Shown here piece after piece: positions 54,165 through 63,579 of a DNA stretch of 64,000 bases. The notes under the pieces are model-generated. The model did no database searches and was not told the origin of the DNA. It saw only the letters and a program-made list of their open reading frames with translations. The DNA lies in the NCBI GenBank assembly GCA_045540935.1, contig JAZQIF010000117.1:875-64874 (forward strand), given 5' to 3'. The stretch is from Erysipelotrichaceae bacterium. Its GTDB lineage: Bacteria > Bacillota_I > Bacilli_A > Erysipelotrichales > Erysipelotrichaceae. The translations under genes and the position numbers were made by a program. Every line of letters starts with the position of its first letter. Positions within the stretch are counted from its first letter, which is position 1.

Positions 54165-55939
54165 GATACCTGGGTGTCGATTACTATCCCGAACAGTGGG
54201 GAATGGAACATGTCGATGAAGATCTTAAGGACATAAAAGAGCTCGGTGCCAATCTGATCCGCATCGGCGATTTCTGCTGGGACCGCTTTGAACCGAAGGA
54301 TGGGGAATATGATTTCTCTTTCTTCGATGAAGTCATCGATAAGGCAAAGGCACATGATCTCAAAGTCATGATGTGCGTGCCGACCGCTACGATGCCGGCC
54401 TGGCTCCATCAGGCACATCCCGAGGTCATGAATGTCGACGAAAAAGGATATGCCCAGCCATACGGCGCCAGAAGAGGCTATTGTTATGGCAACGAATATT
54501 ACATTTCAAAGGCCGTCGCTCTGGCCGAAAAGCTGGCCGATCACTACAAGGATGAAGAAGCCATCGTCGCCTGGCAGGTCGACAACGAACTCGGGCACGA
54601 AGGTTCCGATGTCTGCTATTGCGACAGCTGTCAGAAAAGATTCACTTCTTATCTCGAAGAAAAATACAGAGATATCGATGAACTCAATGAGCGCTGGGGC
54701 ACCTGTTTCTGGAGCCAGACCTATTCGGATTTCAAACAGATCCCGCTTCCAAGGCCTGCCTTCACTCCACACAATCCCTCACTGCGTCTGGAATACTATC
54801 GTTTCCGCAACAAGACGGCCGTCGATTATATCAAAGCGCTTCGCGATGCAGTAAAACGATTCGATAAGAATCATCCGGTCACCCATGACTTTGAAGGCGG
54901 CATCATCAACAAAGCCTTCTCGCCGTTCGAGGTGGCGAAGTGTCTGGATTTTGTCTCCTACAACAACTATCCGGTCTGGGGCGGTCAGAAAGCGCCGTTA
55001 AGCGAAGAGGAACTTGCCTTCAGCGTGGATTTCGCCAGAGGTTTCAAAGGTGAAAAGTTCTGGGTCACCGAATCGATCATGGGTCAGCAGGGACACAACG
55101 ATATCGGCTATGCGCCAAAACCGGAAGAAGCGAAAAAGTGGGCACTGAGTTCACTGGATCAGGGCGTGGAAAGTCTGATCTTCTTCCGATACCGCGGTTA
55201 CATCAAAGGTGCCGAACAGTTCTGTTTCGGTATCGTCGATGCCGACAACGTGAAACGCAGGAAATACTACGAGACCAGATCGTTTTTTGAAGAGGCGAAG
55301 GCAAAGCCTGTCGTCGAGCCGAAAGGCGATGTCTGCATCGTCTATGACTACGATTCCAAATCGTCGATGGCCATTCAAAGGCAGTCCGATGTCTTCTCTT
55401 ACGAAAAAGAATGCGTGAAGTTCTATTCGCAGTTTTATAAGCGCGGGATCGTCTGCGACATCGTCGATTCTTCCAAGGATCTTTCAAGCTATAAGGTGGC
55501 AGTCCTGCCGTACATGATCATCATGTCCGATGACTTCAAAAAGAAGCTGAAAGACTATGTGGCCAATGGCGGCATCGCGATACTCACTGCCCGCAGCGCC
55601 TGGAAAGATACCGATAATAATCTTGTTTTCGGCAAGCGGCTTCCGGTAGATCTTGAGGATCTTTGCGGCTGTCTGATCGAAGAACATGAGTCACTGCTGG
55701 AAGGACAGAAGACTGTCTGCCGCTTTGGTGAAAATATCGGTTTTGGCAGTGTCTTTGAAGAATCGCTCAAGCCGACTACGGCAAAAGAACTGATCTCTTA
55801 CAAAGATGATCCGTACGGCGATTATGCGGCAGCTACCGTTCAGGAATACGGAAAGGGCAGATGTTATTATCTGGGTTCCTCTTTCGATGAAACGATCCTG
55901 AATCTGCTGTTTGATGATGTATTGAAGGAGCTCTGCTGA
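54161..55939 (+). CDS. glycoside hydrolase family 42 beta-galactosidase
   Basis: YLGVDYYPEQW, the WQVDNELGHEG acid/base Glu, and the CYCDSC zinc cluster. At 592 aa it is shorter than my recollection of typical GH42 enzymes. Confidence 0.85.
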   Translation: MRYLGVDYYPEQWGMEHVDEDLKDIKELGANLIRIGDFCWDRFEPKDGEYDFSFFDEVIDKAKAHDLKVMMCVPTATMPAWLHQAHPEVMNVDEKGYAQPYGARRGYCYGNEYYISKAVALAEKLADHYKDEEAIVAWQVDNELGHEGSDVCYCDSCQKRFTSYLEEKYRDIDELNERWGTCFWSQTYSDFKQIPLPRPAFTPHNPSLRLEYYRFRNKTAVDYIKALRDAVKRFDKNHPVTHDFEGGIINKAFSPFEVAKCLDFVSYNNYPVWGGQKAPLSEEELAFSVDFARGFKGEKFWVTESIMGQQGHNDIGYAPKPEEAKKWALSSLDQGVESLIFFRYRGYIKGAEQFCFGIVDADNVKRRKYYETRSFFEEAKAKPVVEPKGDVCIVYDYDSKSSMAIQRQSDVFSYEKECVKFYSQFYKRGIVCDIVDSSKDLSSYKVAVLPYMIIMSDDFKKKLKDYVANGGIAILTARSAWKDTDNNLVFGKRLPVDLEDLCGCLIEEHESLLEGQKTVCRFGENIGFGSVFEESLKPTTAKELISYKDDPYGDYAAATVQEYGKGRCYYLGSSFDETILNLLFDDVLKELC

Positions 55940-55990
55940 AGGGCTTCTTTTACTGTTGAGTTTTCATATAATAAAGGCAGGAGAAGCAGT

Positions 55991-57415
55991 ATGTTTAAGA
56001 ATATTGAAGAAGCTAAAAAGTATATCAAAGAAAACGACGTCGCTTTCATCGATCTGAAGCTCGTCGATCTCAGAGGACGTTTCCGTCATCTCTCCATTCC
56101 GGCATCGCGTCTCACGGAAGAGCTGATGAAAGACGGCATCGGTTTTGATGCCTCCAACTACGGCTATGCCAGAGTTGAGAAGTCCGATATGGTCTTTTAT
56201 CCGGATCTTTCCTCGGCATACCTTGAACCGTTTGCCAGGGCAAAGACGCTGTCGATGATGGCAAACGTCTACTGCATCGCAGAAAAGAATTATCTGTTTG
56301 AACAGTATCCGCGCAATGTCATCAAGGCAGCCGTCGATCTGATGAAGAAGGAAGGCGTCGCCGATGAGATGATCATCGGACCGGAATATGAATTTTCGAT
56401 CTTCGATTCCATGAAATACAAGATCGCCCCGGATGAGGTATCGGAAAAACTGGTCAGTTATGAATCCGAGTGGTCTTCGGATATGCAGGGAAGCGATGGT
56501 TACCGCACACTGCCGAAAGGCGGCTACCATTACGACCTTCCAAGCGACATCAACTTCGATCTGAGAAATGAGATCTGTCAGAAGATGAAGGACTGCGGCA
56601 TCAATGTGAAGTATCATCATCACGAAGTCGGCGGCAGCGGCCAGATGGAGATCGAAGTGGAACTTGCCGAAGTCTGCAAGCTCGCCGATCAGACGATGCT
56701 AAGCAAATATCTGATCCGCAATACGGCCAAAGAGTTTGGCAAGACGGCGACCTTCTTGCCCAAACCGATCGCTTCGGAAGCGGGCAACGGCATGCACGTA
56801 CACATGATCCTGAAGAAAGACGGAAAGAACGTCTTCTATGAAAAAGGAAACTACGCCGATCTTTCGAAAACGGCGATGTATTTCATCGGCGGGTTATTGA
56901 AACACGTGCGTTCCTTATGCGCTCTGACCGATCCGTCCACCAACTCGTATCGCAGACTCGTCCCGGGCTTTGAAGCACCGGTCACGATCGGCTACGCATC
57001 TGCCAACCGCAGTGCGGTCATCCGCATCCCGTCCTACGCCAAGAGTGAGGATGTCGTCCGCTTCGAACTGCGCAATCCGGATGCGACCTGCAACCCTTAC
57101 TTCGCCTATGCGGCGATACTGATGGCGGGGCTTGACGGCATCCGCAACAAGATCGATCCGAAAGATCACAACTGGGGACCGTTCGATTTCAATCTCTACA
57201 AGCTTTCCGATGAGGAGAAGGCAAAGCTCGAACATCTGCCGGCTTCTTTGCCGGAAGCCATCGAAGCTTTGAAAGAAGACCATGACTATCTGCTGGTCGA
57301 CGGCGTCTTTACTGAAGAGCTTGTGAACAACTGGATCAAGGTGATCGAGAAGGAACATGACGAGATCGAGAAGATCCCGCATCCTGCCGAATTCCGCCTT
57401 TACTATGATCTCTAG
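55991..57415 (+). CDS. glnA: glutamine synthetase, type I
   Basis: GPEYEF, HHHEVGGSGQMEI, KPIASEAGNGMHVH, NSYRRLVPGFEAP and the ASANRSAVIRIP blocks. Confidence 0.92.
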   Translation: MFKNIEEAKKYIKENDVAFIDLKLVDLRGRFRHLSIPASRLTEELMKDGIGFDASNYGYARVEKSDMVFYPDLSSAYLEPFARAKTLSMMANVYCIAEKNYLFEQYPRNVIKAAVDLMKKEGVADEMIIGPEYEFSIFDSMKYKIAPDEVSEKLVSYESEWSSDMQGSDGYRTLPKGGYHYDLPSDINFDLRNEICQKMKDCGINVKYHHHEVGGSGQMEIEVELAEVCKLADQTMLSKYLIRNTAKEFGKTATFLPKPIASEAGNGMHVHMILKKDGKNVFYEKGNYADLSKTAMYFIGGLLKHVRSLCALTDPSTNSYRRLVPGFEAPVTIGYASANRSAVIRIPSYAKSEDVVRFELRNPDATCNPYFAYAAILMAGLDGIRNKIDPKDHNWGPFDFNLYKLSDEEKAKLEHLPASLPEAIEALKEDHDYLLVDGVFTEELVNNWIKVIEKEHDEIEKIPHPAEFRLYYDL

Positions 57416-57476
57416 GAGCGGATCGCGGGAAGTCTTGTTATAATAATTAAGAATTATTTTTTCGGAGGAACAGATT

Positions 57477-59447
57477 ATGGAACGTGAACGTCCTGTATTT
57501 CCAAAACGCGCCGTCGTTACCGGCGGCATGCCTTATGGCAATAAAACACTTCATTTCGGTCATGTCGGCGGAATGTTCGTACATGCCGACGTCTTTGCGC
57601 GTTTCTTACGAGACCGCATCGGCAAAGACAACGTCGTCTTTGTATCCGGCACGGACTGCTACGGCTCACCGATCGCCGAAGGCTATCGCAAGAGAGTCGA
57701 AGCGGAAGGCTACCAGGGCAGCATCGAAGATTACGTCAGAGAAAACCATGAAGCACAGGAAAAGACTTTGAAAGACTACAAGATCTCTTTGAATCTTTTC
57801 GGTGCGTCGGGTCTTGGCGATACCAAAGAAGTCCACGAAGAAGAGACCGATGAATTCATCCGTACTTTATATAAGAACGGCTGGCTGGAAAAACTGGTCA
57901 CCAAACAGTTCTATGATCCGAAATATCACTGCTTCCTCAACGGACGTCAGGTCGTCGGCAAATGTCCGATCGAACACTGCCAGTCCGAGAAGGGCTATGC
58001 CGATGAGTGCGATCTCGGCCACCAGTATATGCCGGAAGAGCTCATCGATCCAAAATCCACACTGTCCGGCGAGACGCCGGAGATGCGCGATGTCACCAAC
58101 TGGTACTTCAAGCTGACGGAATTCAATGATCTGTTAAAAGAGTACGTCGAAGATATCAAGAAGAAAAAGAATGTGAGAAGGATCGTTGCCGAAACGATGG
58201 AAGAATCTCTCGGTGCGCCGGTCATCTACATCCAGGAGAAGTTCCTGGAGCAGTACAAGGCCATCGAGAATGAACTTCCGCCGCACAGCAACTCCGATCT
58301 GGAAAACATCAAGGGTTCCTTCATCGTCACTTTCGACAAGCTGGAACTCCGCGAGAAGGCCTGCCCGATCCTGACGAGAGCCAATATCCACTACCGTACC
58401 GGCAAGACATTGGTCCCGTTAAGACTGACGGGAAATATCGAATGGGGCGTCAAAGCGCCGAAGCTTGAAGATGAGGAAGACCTCACCGTCTGGGTATGGC
58501 CGGAATCTCTTTGGGCTCCGATCTCCTTCACCAAGGCATATTTCAAGAGGCTCGGCATGCCGGAAGACGAATGGAAGAAATACTGGTGTGACAAGGAAGC
58601 GGCAGTCTTCCAGTTCATCGGCCAGGACAACATCTACTTCTATGGCGTTGCCCAGATGCCTTTATGGATGGCACAGCAGGGTTCCAAGGATCTCAGCATC
58701 CATCCGAAAGACGGAGAACTGCAGCTGACGACTCTGGTCGCCAACCACCACATCCTGTTCTTGGATAAGAAGGCTTCCTCTTCCGGTTCGATCAAACCGC
58801 CGATGGCTGCTGACTTATTGAACTACTATACGGCCGACCAGCTCAGAGCCCATTTCATCTCTCTGGCTTTAGGCAACAAGTCGGTCTCCTTCATGCCGCA
58901 GCCGCTCAATCCGGAAGCCAACACCAATGAACCGGATCCGGTCCTGGCGCAGGGCAACCTTTATACCAATGTCCTCAACCGTCTGGTCAGAGGCTGTTTC
59001 TATTCGGCACAGAAGTACTTCGACGGCAAGCTGCCGTATGGAGAAGTCTCCGAGCAGTACAAGCAGATCGCCGAACGTACGATCCTGAACTATGAAAGCC
59101 ACATGTATCGTTTCGAACTCCACCAGGTGATGAACGATCTGGATTCCTATATCCGTAACGCTTCCAAGTTCTGGTCCAAGAATTCCAATGATGAGGCAAA
59201 CATCAGACAGACTCTGATCGATGCCTTCTATATGGTCAGAGTGGCTGCTGTCTTATCCCACCCGGTCGTACCGGATGGCTGTGAGAAGATCTGTGACTAT
59301 CTCAATGTCGATCCTGACAAGTTCTTCAGCTGGGATCACATCTTTGAAGATATCTACGCTCTGATCGCTGACAAAGAAGATCATCAGCTCAAGACGCTGA
59401 AGGAGAAAGAAGACTTCTATGTCAAACATCCAAGTCAATTTAAATAA
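57477..59447 (+). CDS. metG: methionine--tRNA ligase (no C-terminal EMAP/Trbp111 domain), atypical KMSKS
   Basis: The HIGH motif reads [17 protein letters not shown] matches the MetRS GTDEHG(T)PI block. A zinc-knuckle-like [11 protein letters not shown]...ECDLGH is present. The KMSKS position reads KASSS. Confidence 0.8.
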   Translation: MERERPVFPKRAVVTGGMPYGNKTLHFGHVGGMFVHADVFARFLRDRIGKDNVVFVSGTDCYGSPIAEGYRKRVEAEGYQGSIEDYVRENHEAQEKTLKDYKISLNLFGASGLGDTKEVHEEETDEFIRTLYKNGWLEKLVTKQFYDPKYHCFLNGRQVVGKCPIEHCQSEKGYADECDLGHQYMPEELIDPKSTLSGETPEMRDVTNWYFKLTEFNDLLKEYVEDIKKKKNVRRIVAETMEESLGAPVIYIQEKFLEQYKAIENELPPHSNSDLENIKGSFIVTFDKLELREKACPILTRANIHYRTGKTLVPLRLTGNIEWGVKAPKLEDEEDLTVWVWPESLWAPISFTKAYFKRLGMPEDEWKKYWCDKEAAVFQFIGQDNIYFYGVAQMPLWMAQQGSKDLSIHPKDGELQLTTLVANHHILFLDKKASSSGSIKPPMAADLLNYYTADQLRAHFISLALGNKSVSFMPQPLNPEANTNEPDPVLAQGNLYTNVLNRLVRGCFYSAQKYFDGKLPYGEVSEQYKQIAERTILNYESHMYRFELHQVMNDLDSYIRNASKFWSKNSNDEANIRQTLIDAFYMVRVAAVLSHPVVPDGCEKICDYLNVDPDKFFSWDHIFEDIYALIADKEDHQLKTLKEKEDFYVKHPSQFK

Positions 59448-60525
59448 GATAAGAAAAGAGATCGAATCCGTCGGCATCACCGACAACATCGCTTTATCGA
59501 AAGATGAAGCCGCTGTCGTGATCATCGATCAGGTGAAGATCCCCAATACGCTGGAATACAAGTCGATCGGTGATCTGGAGTCCGCCTACCAGGCGATCAA
59601 AAAGCTGGAAGTCCGCGGTGCTCCGGCCATCGGCATATTCGCCGGCTATGCGATGTACGTCCTATCCAGAAAGGATGCAGGTCTTTCCTTTGAAGATTTC
59701 TACAGGAATTTCAAGGCAAACAAGGAATATCTCAATTCCTCCCGTCCGACGGCTGTCAATCTTTCCTGGGCACTGAACCGCATGGAGAAGACTGTCATCG
59801 ACAATAAAGAGAAAGAAGTTTCTTACATCGTTGAGAAACTGAAAGAAGAAGCGCTCGCCATCCACAACGAAGATATCGAGATGTGCTGCCGGATCTGCGA
59901 ATACGGTCTCTCACTTCTCAAAGACGGCGATGGCGTATTGACGCATTGCAATGCCGGACCGCTGGCAACTTCCTATGGCACGGCACAGGGTCCCTTCCTT
60001 CTTGCCAAGGCAAGAGGCATGAACATCCGCGTCTTTGCGGATGAGACCAGGCCTCTGCTGCAGGGAGCGAGACTGACATCCTTTGAACTGTCGAGAGCCG
60101 GCGTCGATGTGACACTGATCTGCGACAATATGGCTTCGATCGTCATGAAAAACGGCTGGATCAATGCCTGCTTTGTCGGCTGCGACCGCATCGCTGCCAA
60201 TGGCGATGTGGCAAACAAGATCGGCACATCCGGTGTAGCCATTCTGGCGAAACACTTTGGCATCCCGGTCTACTCTCTGGGACCGACCTCGACGATCGAT
60301 ATGAACTGCAAAGACGGCGATCATATAAAGATCGAGCTGCGTGACCCGGATGAGATCAAAAACATGTGGTACGCAAAACCGATGGCACCTGCAGAGGTCA
60401 AATGTTACAACCCGTCCTTCGACGTGACCGATCATACATTACTGAGCGGTATCGTGACGGAAAAAGGCATCGTCTATCCGCCATTCGATGTAAATCTGAA
60501 AAAACTGTTCGATGAGGATCATTAG
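59419..60525 (+). CDS. mtnA: S-methyl-5-thioribose-1-phosphate isomerase (eIF-2B alpha/beta/delta-like)
   Basis: [52 protein letters not shown]. 29-nt overlap with metG. Confidence 0.85.
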   Translation: MSNIQVNLNKIRKEIESVGITDNIALSKDEAAVVIIDQVKIPNTLEYKSIGDLESAYQAIKKLEVRGAPAIGIFAGYAMYVLSRKDAGLSFEDFYRNFKANKEYLNSSRPTAVNLSWALNRMEKTVIDNKEKEVSYIVEKLKEEALAIHNEDIEMCCRICEYGLSLLKDGDGVLTHCNAGPLATSYGTAQGPFLLAKARGMNIRVFADETRPLLQGARLTSFELSRAGVDVTLICDNMASIVMKNGWINACFVGCDRIAANGDVANKIGTSGVAILAKHFGIPVYSLGPTSTIDMNCKDGDHIKIELRDPDEIKNMWYAKPMAPAEVKCYNPSFDVTDHTLLSGIVTEKGIVYPPFDVNLKKLFDEDH

Positions 60526-60940
60526 ATTAACGATCTATTATGTATTGCAGATGACCTGGGGCATCATTCAGAACGTCCTGGGTCTTTTCGTATGGCTCTA
60601 TGTGCTTCTGACCGATCCGAAAGAAGAACGCCATTTCTTCTATGGCGCTCTGGTGACCCGCTGGAACAGCAAGGCCTCGATGTCTTTGGGCATGTTTCTT
60701 TTCTTGGGAACGGATGATGAACGGGTGATCGTCCATGAGTACGGCCATTCCATTCAATCACTGATCTTAGGACCGTTCTATCTTCCGATCATCGGCATCC
60801 CGTCCTTTATTTGGGCGAATTCACCGCACTTCATCGCAAACAGAAAAAAAGGAAGATATCGCTATACTTCCTTCTATCCGGAGAAGTGGGCAAATCATCT
60901 GGGAAGGATGTTTACCGGCAAGTCTCCGATCACGTATTGA
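60512..60940 (+). CDS. hypothetical small membrane protein with HExxH motif
   Basis: Three predicted TM segments and [12 protein letters not shown]. There is no clear RBS, so the start is uncertain; an alternative Met is at 60551. Confidence 0.4.
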   Translation: MRIIRLTIYYVLQMTWGIIQNVLGLFVWLYVLLTDPKEERHFFYGALVTRWNSKASMSLGMFLFLGTDDERVIVHEYGHSIQSLILGPFYLPIIGIPSFIWANSPHFIANRKKGRYRYTSFYPEKWANHLGRMFTGKSPITY

Positions 60941-61616
60941 GGATATGGGCGATCCCTTTGGCCAGACGCAGGTCGGGGTCCTTGAAGTGATTGCCTTCAT
61001 TCATCTCATATACGACTTTCGTCTTTTCACCAAGCTCATCGCTGATCGTCTGCGTCATATCGCCAACGGATGCCATGAGCTTGTTTTTGGTGTGGGATTC
61101 TTTGTCACCCAGGGACAGGTAGATACTGTCGACGTTTGGAGAGAGGGTGTTTTTCCGCGTGAATTCCAGGAAGCCCGGATACCATAAGGAACCGGAGGCC
61201 GAAACGATCTTACGGAAAGTATCTGTTTTATAAGCACTGAATAAGGCAAAGAGTCCGGCCAGCGAATAGCCGGCGATGGCATCATAGGAAGATACGACAT
61301 CTTCTTCCCGAAGTCTTTCTTTTACACAAGGAAGGATATGATCGAGCAGCTTTGCCAGATGCAGATCGGCTTTTCCGGCAAAAGGCTTCGTGCCTTTGAA
61401 TACCGGCTCGCAAGACCAGGGTGAAAGATCGTCGTTCCAGTCATCTACATTCACGCAGATCAGAATAAAGTCTTCATCGCATATCTCTTTCAACGTATGA
61501 AATAGAGCTTCGCTTTCCTTAGAGTCGCTGTTCACAAAGATGAAGGGGACCTCTCTTTTTTTCAGATCAGGAAGAAAGACCTCCGTATTCCACTTATCGA
61601 GCTGTATCTGTTTCAT
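60930..61616 (-). CDS. alpha/beta hydrolase, putative esterase family
   Basis: Nucleophile elbow IAGYSLAG. 228 aa. Overlaps the upstream M20 gene stop by 4 nt. Confidence 0.65.
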   Translation of the reverse strand: MKQIQLDKWNTEVFLPDLKKREVPFIFVNSDSKESEALFHTLKEICDEDFILICVNVDDWNDDLSPWSCEPVFKGTKPFAGKADLHLAKLLDHILPCVKERLREEDVVSSYDAIAGYSLAGLFALFSAYKTDTFRKIVSASGSLWYPGFLEFTRKNTLSPNVDSIYLSLGDKESHTKNKLMASVGDMTQTISDELGEKTKVVYEMNEGNHFKDPDLRLAKGIAHILNT

Positions 61617-63052
61617 CGGCTTTCCTGCAAATAAATGACTTCTTTGTAGTAATCGACAGCTGACGGAAGGGTGTCGATATTCAGGTTCTCGTCGATGGCA
61701 TGCATCTTCGAGAGCTGGTCTTTGGAGACGTTGACCGGTTCAAAGCGGACGCAGGCATCCACATATTTGTCCCAGAAACGCGAATCCGTGCCGCCTGTCA
61801 CGACGTATGGAAGCACGCAGACGCCGGGGAAGACCGTCTCGATGGCTTTCTTGCATAAGGCGAATTGCGGACCGTTGAGATCCAGAGAACCGGTCGGATC
61901 GCTGCAGTTGATTTCTTCGACTTCCAGGTCGTATTTCGAAGCGATCTGTCGGATCAGATCGAGGGATTCCTTTCTGCCCTGGAAAGGAATGAAGCGAAGA
62001 TTGGCGGTGACATAGGCTTCCTGCGGGATGACGTTGCAGGCATCGGAGCCTTTCTGCATGGTGAAGCACATCGTCGTCTGTAACATCGCTGCACCCTGCG
62101 CAGAGATGGCCGGCATGACTTTCTTTAAGAGCGGTTTGAACAGCCACAGGTTGGCAAAGACCATCTTCAGAAGAAAGGAATCACAATATGGGGCAAGGTT
62201 TTTCAGCATCCCTTCGACAGCCGGTGTGAACTGGACCTTGAAAGGCGACTTCTTCTCGATCTCTGCTTCAAATTTCGCAAGTCGGGCGATCGGGGTATTT
62301 CTGCCCGGGGAAGAAGAGTGGCCGCCATGGCCTTTGGCGGTGATCTTGATATCGCCATAGCCTTTTTCAAAGATGCCGACGACGGCGAAGTTTCCTTTGA
62401 CTCCGGAGATCGGATCTTCGGTGATCGTGCCGCCCTCATCACAGACCATGTAAGGTCTTATGTTTTGATCAGTGAACCATTTTACGAGCTTGGAGGCTCC
62501 GTTTCCTCCGATCTCTTCGGTGCAGCTGGAACCTAAGTAGATATCACAGTCCGGCACATAGCCTTCTTTGATCAGTTCTTCGGCCGCTTCATAGAAGGCG
62601 AAGACGCCGCATTTGACATCGAAGCTTCCGCGTCCGTGGATCCTGCCGTCGATGATCTTTCCTTCAAACGGCGGATAGGTCCACTCGCCTTCGGCAGGGA
62701 CGACATCGAGGTGCGAGATCAATACGATCGGCTGCTTGGATGGATCTTTTCCTTTGTAGCGGACCAAGAGGTTGCCGTCGATATCATATTTTTCGCAATG
62801 GCTGAAGACATTGGGGAAGAGTTCTTCCATGACTTTGTGCAGCTTTCTGAATTTTTCCGGTTCTTCTATGCCCCGATGAGACACAGTCTCGACCTGTATC
62901 ATCTTCTGAAGTTTCAGGGCATAGTCGTTATATCGCTTCTCATCCTTCGATCCGTGATAGACGGATGTCTTTTTGGGAATGGAAAGAGTATGGAAAAAAG
63001 CGATCAGCAGCAGGCACAGTATGATGACAAATACGATAAGCAGGATCTTCAT
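61613..63052 (-). CDS. M20/M25/M40 family metallopeptidase with N-terminal membrane anchor
   Basis: ISHLDVVP, GRGSFDVKC and SCTEEIGG metal-ligand blocks. N-terminal MKILLIVFVIILCLLLIAFF. RBS GAGAGG. Confidence 0.8.
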   Translation of the reverse strand: MKILLIVFVIILCLLLIAFFHTLSIPKKTSVYHGSKDEKRYNDYALKLQKMIQVETVSHRGIEEPEKFRKLHKVMEELFPNVFSHCEKYDIDGNLLVRYKGKDPSKQPIVLISHLDVVPAEGEWTYPPFEGKIIDGRIHGRGSFDVKCGVFAFYEAAEELIKEGYVPDCDIYLGSSCTEEIGGNGASKLVKWFTDQNIRPYMVCDEGGTITEDPISGVKGNFAVVGIFEKGYGDIKITAKGHGGHSSSPGRNTPIARLAKFEAEIEKKSPFKVQFTPAVEGMLKNLAPYCDSFLLKMVFANLWLFKPLLKKVMPAISAQGAAMLQTTMCFTMQKGSDACNVIPQEAYVTANLRFIPFQGRKESLDLIRQIASKYDLEVEEINCSDPTGSLDLNGPQFALCKKAIETVFPGVCVLPYVVTGGTDSRFWDKYVDACVRFEPVNVSKDQLSKMHAIDENLNIDTLPSAVDYYKEVIYLQESR

Positions 63053-63098
63053 AAGGAATACCTCTCTTTAAATCCATTATAGATGTTGCAAGAATGAT

Positions 63099-63127
63099 TT
63101 GAAATTGAACAATAAAAATGATAATAT
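63099..63127 (+). promoter_or_regulatory. promoter of tRNA-Arg
   Basis: -35 TTGAAA (63099-63104), 17-nt spacer, extended -10 TGaTAATAT (63119-63127). The tRNA begins 10 nt downstream. Confidence 0.55.
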
Positions 63128-63136
63128 ACTTATGCT

Positions 63137-63213
63137 GTCCATGTAGCTCAGTTGGATAGAGCATCCGCCTTCTAAGCGGACGGTCGGGAGTTCGAGTCTC
63201 TCCATGGACGCCA
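63137..63213 (+). tRNA. tRNA-Arg (anticodon TCT), CCA encoded
   Basis: Hand-folded cloverleaf. Acceptor GTCCATG/CATGGAC. D arm GCTC-AGTTGGATA-GAGC. Anticodon arm TCCGC-CTTCTAA-GCGGA. T arm GGGAG-TTCGAGT-CTCTC. Discriminator G plus CCA. 77 nt. Confidence 0.9.
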
Positions 63214-63225
63214 TCTTTGTGAAAC

Positions 63226-63247
63226 ACATCCGAAAGGATGTTTTTTT
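63226..63247 (+). terminator. intrinsic terminator after tRNA-Arg
   Basis: ACATCC-gaaa-GGATGT followed by T7. Confidence 0.7.
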
Positions 63248-63390
63248 ATATATTAAGAAATTCAATGCGTCCTGGTTAATATCCTGAATACAGGGTACCG
63301 GTATGATTGGCTGTGAGTGCACTATGAAAAGATCCTGACTTTCTTCAGACAATTTTGAAAGATAGATGGTTTTATTTTCAGATAAGAGAT

Positions 63391-63579
63391 TTACTGTTTT
63401 GTGAAATGATAAGAGTCTGCTTCATACATGTCGTTTAAGCAGAAAGGACACATGATCTTGTATTCTTCAGATACAGGAGGAAGATTCTTGAGTTTTTCAA
63501 GCGTAGACACCGGGACTTCCTCTTGATAGCCGCATGTTTCGCATTTCATCAATACAGTCTTTTCGATATTGTCTGTCAT
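63391..63579 (-). CDS. small zinc-ribbon protein (hypothetical)
   Basis: 62 aa with CETCG...CPFC (two CxxC pairs). A near-ideal RBS, AAGGAG, lies 6 nt upstream of the ATG. Confidence 0.45.
   Translation of the reverse strand: MTDNIEKTVLMKCETCGYQEEVPVSTLEKLKNLPPVSEEYKIMCPFCLNDMYEADSYHFTKQ

Noticed and set aside
55940-55990. GlnR/TnrA box (TGTNAN7TNACA) upstream of glnA.
   Set aside because: TGTTGAGTTTTCATATA begins like a half-site, but the second half-site is absent.
57416-57476. T-box leader upstream of metG.
   Set aside because: The gap is only 61 bp, has no specifier hairpin and no T-box (GGTGGTACCGCG-like) sequence. That is too short for a T-box.
55964-57529. Two long minus-strand ORFs (55964-56623 and 56915-57529) opposite glnA.
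   Set aside because: glnA is unambiguous on the + strand. The antisense products are His/Asp/Arg-rich shadow ORFs.
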